54,608 bases of DNA from the IMG/VR virus record IMGVR_UViG_3300012812_000001; one strand, 5' to 3'. Positions 9,539 to 17,673 of the stretch are shown piece after piece. The first letter of the stretch is position 1. Every line of letters starts with the position of its first letter. The stretch comes from a virus. A model generated the notes under the pieces. That model saw nothing but the letters and a program-made list of their open reading frames with translations. It searched no databases and had not been told where the DNA came from. The position numbers and the translations under genes are program-made.

Positions 9539-9816
9539 TCCGTCATGGACTTGAGCTGCTTTTCGAGAGCCTGACCTGCCTCTTTCGAGAGGAGGCTGCC
9601 GACGGCGAGCTGGAGGAGGGAAATGTGCCGGGCGAGATCTGCATCACGCCGCGCCCGGACCTGCCTGGCTTCGGAAAACACCCGGCCAATCGGATATTCG
9701 CTGGCCGAGTGGTGGCCCGCATCCAGGAGCAGGCTGACCGCCTCGCGAAGCCCGGCCAGCCAGTCCGCGAAAGTGCTTACTGCAGCACCCTCAGGCTCCC
9801 GGCCGCGAGAAGGTTT
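9535..9816 (-). CDS. -1 frame extension giving a G-T type fusion chaperone (about 230 aa with the G part)
   Basis: Hand translation of the -1 frame from the A-run at 9814-9818 is open for 93 codons (KPSRGREPEGAAVSTFADWLAGLREAV...ALEKQLKSMTE). It ends with a TGA that overlaps the tape-measure GTG start (GTGA). It has no start codon of its own. Confidence 0.65.
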   Translation of the reverse strand, partial: KPSRGREPEGAAVSTFADWLAGLREAVSLLLDAGHHSASEYPIGRVFSEARQVRARRDADLARHISLLQLAVGSLLSKEAGQALEKQLKSMTE

Positions 9817-10232
9817 TTCGCGGCCGCGGGCAGGAACCCGATCAGCTTTTCCAAGCCACCTTCGGCCTCCAGGGAGAAGGCAACGATCTCCTTGAGGATG
9901 TCGACCTTCACAGAGAATGGGAGGGATGCGATGCCTGCCCGCTCATCCGGATTGTCGAAGCCGGTGGCCGCAGCGATGATGTCGACTGCGAGGGTGGGAA
10001 TGTCGCGGATGACAAAGGAGATCGCCGCCGCATTGTCCCCAGCCATGGCGGCCGTCGGCTTCGTCTCGTCGGCCATCAGGCTACGGAACACGGTCTCGAT
10101 CCCGGCCGCATGCACGGCGTAGATCACGGAGATATCGCCTTCATTCAGGGGGCGGATCTGGATGTCGCCAATTCCGAGACCTTTGGTGGCCTCGACGGAT
10201 TTCTGGGGGCGACGGTATGCGGCAAAGGACAC
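9777..10232 (-). CDS. Tail assembly chaperone (lambda G analogue)
   Basis: 151-aa ORF between the tail tube and the tape measure. GTG start preceded by CAGGAG. A frameshift extension follows (next feature). Confidence 0.7.
   Translation of the reverse strand: MSFAAYRRPQKSVEATKGLGIGDIQIRPLNEGDISVIYAVHAAGIETVFRSLMADETKPTAAMAGDNAAAISFVIRDIPTLAVDIIAAATGFDNPDERAGIASLPFSVKVDILKEIVAFSLEAEGGLEKLIGFLPAAAKNLLAAGSLRVLQ
9812..9820 (-). promoter_or_regulatory. Candidate -1 programmed frameshift site GCG AAA AAC
   Basis: Run of five A at 9814-9818 (minus strand) in codons 139-140 of the G ORF, 12 codons before its stop. Not a perfect X XXY YYZ heptamer. Confidence 0.45.
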
Positions 10233-10262
10233 ACGGGACTCCTGATTTGATTTTCATATGAA

Positions 10263-10288
10263 ATTCCCCGCGCGCAGGCGCGGGGAAT
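10263..10288 (-). terminator. GC hairpin after the tail tube gene (ATTCCCCGCGC-GCAG-GCGCGGGGAAT)
   Basis: Perfect 11-bp stem with a 4-nt loop, 9 nt after the tube gene stop. On the minus strand it is followed by TTTCATATGAAAA. Confidence 0.5.
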
Positions 10289-10296
10289 GTCGGGCA

Positions 10297-11070
10297 TCAG
10301 AGGCTGGTGGGCTTGCCGTTGATCTCGAGAGGCGCGAAGCCCGGCAGCTCCTCGATCTCGTAGGTGACGGTCATCTCCGTCCAGGCATCGCCTTCACCTT
10401 TCAGGATCATCTCGCCGTCGACGGTCATGAGCCCGTTGTAAGCATAGACGTCGAAGGCATTGCCTTCGTTCGCGCGGCCCACGAAATGCAGGGGGGCGCG
10501 GACGGTTGCGCCATCGGGGATCAGAACCTCCCGTTCGACCGCAGCTTGGTCGTAAGTGACCGTGATATCCTCTGCGTCGGCACCGGTATCCATGATGTAG
10601 ACCCGACCCTCGGAGGCGTTGACGACGTAGTCGACGCGGTTCACGAGCGGCGTCGCGCCTCTCGTTACTTCAGTGACCGTGACCTCTCGAACGCCGGTCG
10701 GTGTGCTGTCCGAGGATCCCAATTGCAGCCAGCGATTGCCCGCGACAGCCTGGAAGGTCTCGGATGTGTCGGTGGCGGCCGCTTGCGCCACTTTCGTCGG
10801 AGTGCCGCCGAAACGCAGGGACAGAGCCTGGAAATCGATGTTGTCGACAACGAAGACGAGCGAATGCGAGACGGAGGTCTCGACTGTCCGGTCCTTCACG
10901 CGCTTGCCGTTCTTGTTGTTGAAATGCTCAAGCTTTTCGGTGGTCTTGTTGTGAGTCAGGCTCTTGATGTTCCCGATGGGGGATTCCACCCCGGTCGGGG
11001 CCGTCGTTCCCGGGCGGAACGCGCCCAGGTAAAGCTCACCACCCTGGATCAAAAGGTTGTCGAGGTTCAT
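10297..11070 (-). CDS. Major tail tube protein (lambda V position)
   Basis: 257-aa ORF between the U-like and G-like genes, with beta-rich composition. Followed by a strong hairpin, as expected for an abundant structural protein. Confidence 0.6.
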   Translation of the reverse strand: MNLDNLLIQGGELYLGAFRPGTTAPTGVESPIGNIKSLTHNKTTEKLEHFNNKNGKRVKDRTVETSVSHSLVFVVDNIDFQALSLRFGGTPTKVAQAAATDTSETFQAVAGNRWLQLGSSDSTPTGVREVTVTEVTRGATPLVNRVDYVVNASEGRVYIMDTGADAEDITVTYDQAAVEREVLIPDGATVRAPLHFVGRANEGNAFDVYAYNGLMTVDGEMILKGEGDAWTEMTVTYEIEELPGFAPLEINGKPTSL

Positions 11071-11150
11071 GCTGATCTCCTTGATCGTTGCAATTGGATC
11101 TATGCTCGGGCCGAGAAAAGCCTAGAGTTTTTCCACTTCTTATATGAATT

Positions 11151-11669
11151 TCATGCGTCGAAATCCTCGACGATGCTCAGCTCCAGCGGCAGGAGGCAGA
11201 TCGCAGAGGTAGAGATGAGCCCGTCGGGCGGAGCGACCACCCCTGCCCCGATCTTGATGCCGGTGACCTTGCCCTGGAATCCGAAATAGTCGTTGGCCGC
11301 GGGCAACCCTGGCATCTCGGCGCTCCCGGCCCTCTTTTTCTCACGGGCCAGTTTGCGCTGCAGGTCGCCCAGGAGGATATGCGCGGGATCCGTCGGATTC
11401 TCCGGGTCGTCCATCGCAAAACCCTGGATGATCAAGCCGAGCCTGGTGATCGTCCGACCTCCCCGGGTTTCCTGGTTTAGGATCTCCGCCTTGCCGTCCT
11501 CCAGGATGGCGACGAGCGGCAGCGGATCGGCGTCCGGATCGAAGGAATCCCGGCCGCGAAAAACCTTCCCCGCCAGGGTATTCGCATAATCATCATCCGC
11601 CGAAATCTCGGAGAGATTGGCGGTGATCGCTTTGAGGAGCGACAGGCGGAACGGCTCCTTTGCCATCAC
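11151..11669 (-). CDS. Tail terminator-like protein (lambda U position)
   Basis: 172 aa. Assigned by synteny (Z-like upstream, tube downstream). 4-nt overlap with the upstream gene. Confidence 0.45.
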   Translation of the reverse strand: MMAKEPFRLSLLKAITANLSEISADDDYANTLAGKVFRGRDSFDPDADPLPLVAILEDGKAEILNQETRGGRTITRLGLIIQGFAMDDPENPTDPAHILLGDLQRKLAREKKRAGSAEMPGLPAANDYFGFQGKVTGIKIGAGVVAPPDGLISTSAICLLPLELSIVEDFDA

Positions 11670-12253
11670 GCAAATCCTTTCAATTCCATGAGGCGGAGAA
11701 ATTCCCGCTCGAGCTTGAGCGCGACATCCGGCTCCATATCCTTGGAGACATCACGGAAGACCTGATCTACCGAGGGGCCGTAGAGGAAGGTCAGGCCCTT
11801 CCAGGACTTCCGGCTCATCCTGACGCCCTGGAGCTTTTCGCCGGGCTTGAGGCGGATTGCGAGGCCGCGATTTCCGTTTTTCAGACCCATAAGGAAGGCC
11901 CTCGGCATGGGCTTTGCCGATCCCTCTGCGTCGACCCGAACACGGAGGGTTCCGCGCTTTTTCGCACCTGGATTCTGGACGAAGCGAGCCAGGGACCGCG
12001 CCTCGAAAGCACCGCGGATTGTGGCCTTCATCTGCTGCGCACGGCTCGGGAAGAGCTTGAGTTTGCCGTCCGATCCTGACAGGTATCGCGCCGGGAATGC
12101 CACTTCGGAGCGGATTTCCTTTCCCGCCTTTGCTCTCGCATCCCGCGCGATCTTGTTGACCGCCCTCTCCGCCAGGCGGCGGATCTCCTGGGATGACTCG
12201 ATCAGATCCTTGTGTGATTTCAGCCCATCAACGGCGACGACATGCTCAAGCAT
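11666..12253 (-). CDS. Tail completion protein, lambda Z-like
   Basis: 195 aa. ...AERAVNKIARDARAKAGKEIRSEV... and ...PRAFLMGLKNGNRGLAIRL... parallel lambda gpZ (AINRVASSA...ARETKV; GAFIQQLKNGRWHVMQR). Synteny agrees. Confidence 0.55.
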   Translation of the reverse strand: MLEHVVAVDGLKSHKDLIESSQEIRRLAERAVNKIARDARAKAGKEIRSEVAFPARYLSGSDGKLKLFPSRAQQMKATIRGAFEARSLARFVQNPGAKKRGTLRVRVDAEGSAKPMPRAFLMGLKNGNRGLAIRLKPGEKLQGVRMSRKSWKGLTFLYGPSVDQVFRDVSKDMEPDVALKLEREFLRLMELKGFA

Positions 12254-12660
12254 CAGGGCATGTCCTCGATCGCGATCCAGTCGTCCTCCGTCGGGTATGG
12301 GTATTGCCGGGCTTCGATCTCAGCCCTTCCAAGGCGCTTGGATGGCAGTTCGCGATAGCCACCCCGGATGAAACCCGCACCGGAAGTGCGGAAGACCTCA
12401 CCATCAGAGATGACGACATCTATATTCTTGAGCTTGGCCGTATCTACGGTGAAATCCTCGACGCGCAGGATGATGGTCGGATTTTCGGCATTGACCAGCA
12501 TCGCGCCGTCTTCGCCGCTGTCGGACGCGCCCCGGAAATTGAGCCGGACACCGACCAGGACATAGGAGCCATCCGACGCCACGAGATATGCGGGCACCCG
12601 GAATGTCCGGTGCACCCGCTCTCTCGTCCGCATGCGGATATCTCGCATGGCCCTGGTCAT
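12253..12660 (-). CDS. Head-tail joining protein (lambda FII position)
   Basis: 135 aa. Assigned by synteny plus an FII-like beta pattern (...PTIILRVEDF...DVVISDGEVFRTSG...). Confidence 0.45.
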   Translation of the reverse strand: MTRAMRDIRMRTRERVHRTFRVPAYLVASDGSYVLVGVRLNFRGASDSGEDGAMLVNAENPTIILRVEDFTVDTAKLKNIDVVISDGEVFRTSGAGFIRGGYRELPSKRLGRAEIEARQYPYPTEDDWIAIEDMP

Positions 12661-12938
12661 TCTGCAGCAGCCTCGTCGTCCTTCACGGGCTCTTCGGGAG
12701 CGGCAGGCTTGGCAGGCTTCACCCTTTTCGCAGGTGCGGCTGGCTTGTCTGTCTGAGATGCGGGCTTGTCGGTCCCGTCAAAGGAACTCTTTTCCGGGAC
12801 GGCATGACCGGCGGCGACCAGGGGGCCGTATTCGACCTCGTCCTCGGATACGAAAGCCTGGCCAGGCCGGATCGTCTCGAGCAGGGTTTTACCCGGAGCT
12901 TTCCGGATGATCGTGTTTTTCGCGGTGAAACTTGGCAT
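12657..12938 (-). CDS. Hypothetical protein (lambda Fi position), Pro/Ala/Lys-rich C-terminus
   Basis: 93-aa ORF right after the capsid gene. 4-nt overlap with the downstream gene. Confidence 0.45.
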   Translation of the reverse strand: MPSFTAKNTIIRKAPGKTLLETIRPGQAFVSEDEVEYGPLVAAGHAVPEKSSFDGTDKPASQTDKPAAPAKRVKPAKPAAPEEPVKDDEAAAE

Positions 12939-12961
12939 GGTGGATGTCCCTTTCGTGAAGG

Positions 12962-12984
12962 GGCGCGGCCCTGGGGGCCGCGCC
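12962..12984 (-). terminator. GC hairpin after the major capsid gene (GGCGCGGCCC-N3-GGGCCGCGCC)
   Basis: Perfect 10-bp stem 6 nt after the capsid stop. No clear T-run, so it may be a stabiliser or attenuator rather than a full terminator. Confidence 0.45.
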
Positions 12985-12989
12985 TGTCA

Positions 12990-14060
12990 TCAATCCGCGA
13001 GGACCTTGGCTTTCAGGGTCCGGTTCGGGTAGGCGGGGACCATGATCGGCGCCGACTGGTGCACGATGCTCTCGGTTTGCGGGTCGCCCTCGTTGATGAG
13101 GTTGCGGCCGAAGACCGGGATCGTGTTGTAGTTGGCGGCAAGATCCTTGATGCGACCGAAGGCCTTGATCCCGCCGATATCCGCAGCCGTGATGACGATC
13201 TCGTTGTCCTCGATCGGCTTGATCGTCTGGAACGAGCCGTCGTTGGCAACGTCCTCGAAGACGCCGGTATACTCGTAGACGTCGAGCATGTTGCTGATAT
13301 TGCCCAGGTATGAGATCGGCTCGTCGTCAGGCAGGCCGCGCACCAGGCGGGTGCCATCCGTCCCGTAGCGGGCGTCCATCAGCTCTTTCAGCTCGCCGTT
13401 GAACGCGGATTTGCGGATGATGCGGGCGACCTTGGAACCGACCAGCATGTATTTCGCGATGCCGCCGCCCTGGACGTCCGCCATCGCCCGCTTGAACTCG
13501 CTGATCGGGTCGATGAGCGAGGCGCCGCCAAGATCCCAATAGGCGGAGGGAGCCAGGGTGATGGTCAGGGCAGAATCGCGGCCGAAGAAGACTCTCTCCG
13601 CCGGGTTGCCGAGATATTCGGTGTCGACATAGGAATTACAGGTCGCCATGGCGGCCATGTATTCCCAGGTCCGATCGATCCTCGAGACATGCTCCTTGGT
13701 GATATTCGCACGCGAATTCGCATGGCGCACCATCATGTCCTCTTCGTAGAGGACGGAGTAGGGGTCTATATCCGTGGTCGTGTCGATCCCGCCGGGATCG
13801 ATGGGCGTATTCAGCTTCAGATAGGTCGGGCTGAAGCTTTTCACATCCGACCCGCTGGTGCCGACCGGGCGGCCAGGCAGACGCGGATGGACGCGCGGCG
13901 CAAGGCGACGGCCACCATCGGGAAGCTCCTCGATGTGGATCTTGTCGGTCTTCGACAGGTGCGTCCTGGTGAAATACTTGTTCAGGAACAGTTTCGGTTC
14001 AGGCTTCGCCTTCTCCGTGATGATGCGCATCTGCGCATTGGTGAGGGTCTTGATTTTCAT
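12990..14060 (-). CDS. Major capsid protein, lambda gpE family
   Basis: 356 aa. ...FLNKYFTRTHLSKTDKIHIEELPDGGRRLAPRVHPRLPG...FSPTYLKLNTPIDP... is the typical gpE-family N-terminal pattern. It follows a D-like gene. Confidence 0.85.
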   Translation of the reverse strand: MKIKTLTNAQMRIITEKAKPEPKLFLNKYFTRTHLSKTDKIHIEELPDGGRRLAPRVHPRLPGRPVGTSGSDVKSFSPTYLKLNTPIDPGGIDTTTDIDPYSVLYEEDMMVRHANSRANITKEHVSRIDRTWEYMAAMATCNSYVDTEYLGNPAERVFFGRDSALTITLAPSAYWDLGGASLIDPISEFKRAMADVQGGGIAKYMLVGSKVARIIRKSAFNGELKELMDARYGTDGTRLVRGLPDDEPISYLGNISNMLDVYEYTGVFEDVANDGSFQTIKPIEDNEIVITAADIGGIKAFGRIKDLAANYNTIPVFGRNLINEGDPQTESIVHQSAPIMVPAYPNRTLKAKVLAD

Positions 14061-14083
14061 GCTCGATTCTCCTCGAGACCGCC

Positions 14084-14473
14084 TCAGGCGTTCGCTTTGA
14101 CGATGATGTTGGTGGGTGCGGGAGCGCCCCGGAACGCCGCGGCCTTCTTGGCCTCGGTGTCATAGGACGGCCCGAATGCGATTGCGGCTGGGTTCAGGAC
14201 GCCGGCGCGCAGGACGGAGAGGGTTTTCACATCGCCCTCCACGGTCGTGACCGCACCCATGGCGATGCCGATGGCGGGAGTTCCGTCTGTGGCCGGGATC
14301 AGCCCGCCAGCCACATCGTCGTAAACGACCGGCTCGAGGTAATTGATCGTCTGATCCTCGGCGACACCGAGGACCTCATGCGCGACCTGAATTTCGGTCC
14401 CGTTGATGAGGCGCTCGTGGGCCGCGTTCACCCAGCTTTCGGTCTGGGGGATGCCTGGAATATGCTGTGCCAT
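14084..14473 (-). CDS. Head decoration protein, lambda gpD-like
   Basis: 129 aa, located between the protease and the capsid gene. Size and Gly/Ala/Val-rich pattern (...GIAMGAVTTVEGDVKTLSVLRAGVLN...) fit gpD. Confidence 0.7.
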   Translation of the reverse strand: MAQHIPGIPQTESWVNAAHERLINGTEIQVAHEVLGVAEDQTINYLEPVVYDDVAGGLIPATDGTPAIGIAMGAVTTVEGDVKTLSVLRAGVLNPAAIAFGPSYDTEAKKAAAFRGAPAPTNIIVKANA

Positions 14474-14490
14474 GCTGTTGCCCTCCTGGC

Positions 14491-15693
14491 TTACTTCGGG
14501 AAATTGGCCAGGATGGCCGCCATCATCTCATCTTCCGGCTCGCTGTCCGCGGAACCGGACATCTGCGAGATTTCGGGGTTCGGCGTGCCGTTCATCAGGG
14601 CTTCGAAACCCGCGCCCGACGTCGCCTCCTCCGGAAGCTTGTTCAGCTTCGCGATGACCTGGTCGGCGCTCAGATGGGCGAGATCCGCGTCCAGCGCGAA
14701 GGCGTTGGCAGCTGCGGGACGAGCCTTTGCGGCATCAGACCCCAGGATCGAGGCAACGCGCGCCAGGGCGGCCGCGGTAGCGTCGGCAGTGGCGGTTGCC
14801 ACGGCAGCCGCTACCTCTTGTGCGGCGGTGGCCGCGTCTTTCTCACTCATGGAGGTCTCCTCGGTTGCGTGAGTTGTGATGAGCGCCGCCATCATGTCGG
14901 CACGGTTTGAGATCCTGTCGGCGAGACCCATCTCGATGGCCTTGGCCGCCGGAAATGTTCCCGCCTCTGTCACCCGGACATCAGCGACATCGATCCCGCG
15001 ATTGCGGGCGACGGTGGCTGTGAAGAGGTCGTAGAGGCCGTCAATCCTGGCCTGGATGTCGCTTTTCGCGCCGGACGAAAGCGGGGCATCCCCGGCCCCG
15101 TCGGCCTTTTTCGCACCTGCGTGGATATGCGTGACCTTGATGCCGGATTTCGCCAGGGACTCCGAGAAGTCCACATGCGTGGTGATGACGCCGATCGACC
15201 CGACGCCGGCCGTCGCAGTTGCGACGATTTCCGTTGCGGCGGAGGCCAGCCAGTAGGCGGCCGAATAGGCTGCGTCCCGGACCAGGGCGATGATGGGCTT
15301 GTCGTCGCGGGCGGCGAAAATCAGGTCGGCGGAATCGTGGCAGCCTGCGACATGCCCACCGGGGGAATTGATGTCGAGGATGATCGTCTTGACGGCAGGA
15401 TCCCCTGCCCCGCGCAGGACCGCCTCTTCGATATAGGCGTAGCCGGTCGCGTAGCTGGTCGCATAGGGAAAATCGTGCAGGAGGACGCCCCGGATCGGGA
15501 TGGTAAGGATACCGCTTTCGACCCGGTAAGGCCGATAGAAACTCGGCGTCTCACCCCAGAACCGATCGTCGCTGCCTGCGAGCTCCGCCTGGATGGAATC
15601 CACCTCGGCCTTGAGCCCCGCAAGCATGCCGACGCCCTCCGGTGCCAGCAGCATCTGCTGGCCGTCAAACTGGGCGTTGAAAACCATTGTCAT
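14491..15693 (-). CDS. Head maturation protease / scaffold, S49 (SppA/ClpP-like) family, lambda gpC-like
   Basis: ...IILDINSPGGHVAGC...AYSAAYWLASAA...GSIGV... are S49 peptidase motifs. The Ala-rich acidic C-terminal tail is scaffold-like. Confidence 0.85.
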   Translation of the reverse strand: MTMVFNAQFDGQQMLLAPEGVGMLAGLKAEVDSIQAELAGSDDRFWGETPSFYRPYRVESGILTIPIRGVLLHDFPYATSYATGYAYIEEAVLRGAGDPAVKTIILDINSPGGHVAGCHDSADLIFAARDDKPIIALVRDAAYSAAYWLASAATEIVATATAGVGSIGVITTHVDFSESLAKSGIKVTHIHAGAKKADGAGDAPLSSGAKSDIQARIDGLYDLFTATVARNRGIDVADVRVTEAGTFPAAKAIEMGLADRISNRADMMAALITTHATEETSMSEKDAATAAQEVAAAVATATADATAAALARVASILGSDAAKARPAAANAFALDADLAHLSADQVIAKLNKLPEEATSGAGFEALMNGTPNPEISQMSGSADSEPEDEMMAAILANFPK

Positions 15694-15762
15694 GCGGAGC
15701 CTCGGGGCGAACTTTCAGGAGATATCGACTCAGGAAAAGAAAAAGCAATAATCATGTGCAAT

Positions 15763-17439
15763 TTATTCGTCATCATCGCCGTCACCCGAATAATCCTTCG
15801 GCCCCTTGGCGATGGCCGCTTCAGATTTCGCGGTGCTGGTGCCGAAGAAATCACCGAGGCCGTAGCGCTTTTTCTCAGCCTCCTCGCGGCCGATCTGACG
15901 GAGGACGTCGCGCCAGTCCAAGCCTCGGGCCGCACATTCCTGCTCGAGAGTGGTGAGTCCGTTATTGAGTCGCAGGACAGACGCCTGATCTTCCTTCAGC
16001 TCGTCGATGTTACCCTTGGCGGCACCGATCCACTGAGCCGCAGCCAGGCTGTCGAAGTTGAGCCCCTGGTAGAGCCATTCGATCGATTTTGCATGCCTCG
16101 GCATTGAGTCGATCAGGCCGCGGCCGATCGATTCCTCCAGCCAGAGCCGGTAGGTGGCGTTGGCAACACGGTCCGCAACCGTCCGCTTTGTATGGAGCAT
16201 CGCGCGCCAGGTTGGCAGCATCCCAGCTCGCAGAGAGCTATAGTTCGTGCGGCTGAAATCCTTGCTCAGCTCTTCATAGGACAGGCCGAGGGCAGCGGCG
16301 ACGCCGCGCATGAGTGATGCCGCAAACTCGGATCCGAACGCGCCATCGGCGCTCGGATCCAGCATGTGCAATTCCGTCCCGGGAAAGAAGTGAGGGACAC
16401 GAACTCCGTTGATAACGGCACTCTGGCTGCCCCGCGCGTAGCTGATCGCCTGCTCGAGGTGCCTGCGGACCGCAGCATCATATGCACCCATCAGACCATG
16501 ACCCGCATCGGGGTGCATGCCGACGCCCAGCTGGGCGAAGTTCTCTTCCTTGGGTTTTTCGCTCTTGATGTAGGCCATGATCGAAGATCGGGCTACGGCG
16601 TTCTGCAGCTGGATGTCCGAGAATTTCGAGAACATCCTGATATCCTTCAGGGCCGTAACAATCTGCGCCAGGCCGCGTGTCTGATGCGGGCGGGTCGGGT
16701 CGAAGATATGGATGATCATCTGCCGTCCCCACGGCTTGGTCGCGGGGACGTATTTCCATCGGAACGTCCCCATTCCGGAAGAGAGATCTCCGGGGTGCTC
16801 CTCCTGGATATGATAGCCTTTCGGCGCCCCGAACCGGTCCATGGCTACACCGCCCCGCAAGAGGTTCGTGTCCATTTTACCGTTGGGATTGGAAAGCCTG
16901 TCGCATTCGATGGCTTGCAGTGCCGTCCCGTAGGGACGCCCTTGCGTCCCCAACCATTCGGCGGTGAACAGCGCCTCGCCGCCGACACCGACGGCCGCGA
17001 TCGCAAGGCGAGCCATGTCCGTCAGGGTCCTGGTTCGTGCTGCATCCGGCCAGAAGTTTGGAGAGTTCGCGTATGCGTTGAACTTCCCCTCGATCTCGAG
17101 CTGGAACTCCTCCTCCCACTTCTCGTCAAACCCCTTGCCGAGGTTGCTGGTGCGCGGCTTTGCATTGAGCCTGTATTCCGCGCCGACCACGCTGTTCTGC
17201 CGGAACGAGATGCCGTGCTGGATGTAGGAGGAGTTGCGGAACGTGTCGCGCGCCCTGGCGTCGAGGAGCGGCTTGTCGGGGAGGATCTCGGCATCGGCAG
17301 ATTGCAGAGGGGGATTCCATGTCGACATCGACGCATCGAACTTGCTGGCGCCGTCATAGGCACCACCTGCGATGGCCATCTCCGAACCCGATGTCCCGGC
17401 CGCCAGATCCGGCTTTGCTTTCTTGAAAATGCCAAACAT
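15763..17439 (-). CDS. Portal protein, lambda gpB family
   Basis: 558 aa. ...STWNPPLQSADAEILPDKPLLDARARDTFRNSSYIQHGISFRQNSVVG... is the typical lambda-family portal N-terminus. It lies between the W-like and protease genes. Confidence 0.85.
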   Translation of the reverse strand: MFGIFKKAKPDLAAGTSGSEMAIAGGAYDGASKFDASMSTWNPPLQSADAEILPDKPLLDARARDTFRNSSYIQHGISFRQNSVVGAEYRLNAKPRTSNLGKGFDEKWEEEFQLEIEGKFNAYANSPNFWPDAARTRTLTDMARLAIAAVGVGGEALFTAEWLGTQGRPYGTALQAIECDRLSNPNGKMDTNLLRGGVAMDRFGAPKGYHIQEEHPGDLSSGMGTFRWKYVPATKPWGRQMIIHIFDPTRPHQTRGLAQIVTALKDIRMFSKFSDIQLQNAVARSSIMAYIKSEKPKEENFAQLGVGMHPDAGHGLMGAYDAAVRRHLEQAISYARGSQSAVINGVRVPHFFPGTELHMLDPSADGAFGSEFAASLMRGVAAALGLSYEELSKDFSRTNYSSLRAGMLPTWRAMLHTKRTVADRVANATYRLWLEESIGRGLIDSMPRHAKSIEWLYQGLNFDSLAAAQWIGAAKGNIDELKEDQASVLRLNNGLTTLEQECAARGLDWRDVLRQIGREEAEKKRYGLGDFFGTSTAKSEAAIAKGPKDYSGDGDDDE

Positions 17440-17669
17440 CAGAACAGGAACGTCAAGGGGCCCGAAGATCTCCGCTCTCCGGTAGCCGAAGCGATCTGGC
17501 TTTTCAGGGAGTCGATATAGGACGCCAGCTTGGCCGACTGAGCCGGGTTGTATTCGACGCGCTCGCCGGACTGATCGACATGCACCCTGGCATTCTGACC
17601 AATCATCAGGTCGTGATACGCATCTTCGGCCTTCCTGAGACGTTCACGAAGAACGCGGGTATCTGTCAT
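17439..17669 (-). CDS. Head-tail joining protein gpW-like
   Basis: From the internal ATG at 17669: MTDTRVLRERLRKAEDAYHDLMIGQNARVHVDQSGERVEYNPAQSAKLASYIDSLKSQI...RRSSGPLTFLF. This parallels lambda gpW (...[23 protein letters not shown]...LKKYIAELE...RRRGPAGFYV). Confidence 0.8.
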   Translation of the reverse strand: MTDTRVLRERLRKAEDAYHDLMIGQNARVHVDQSGERVEYNPAQSAKLASYIDSLKSQIASATGERRSSGPLTFLF

Positions 17670-17673
17670 CTGA

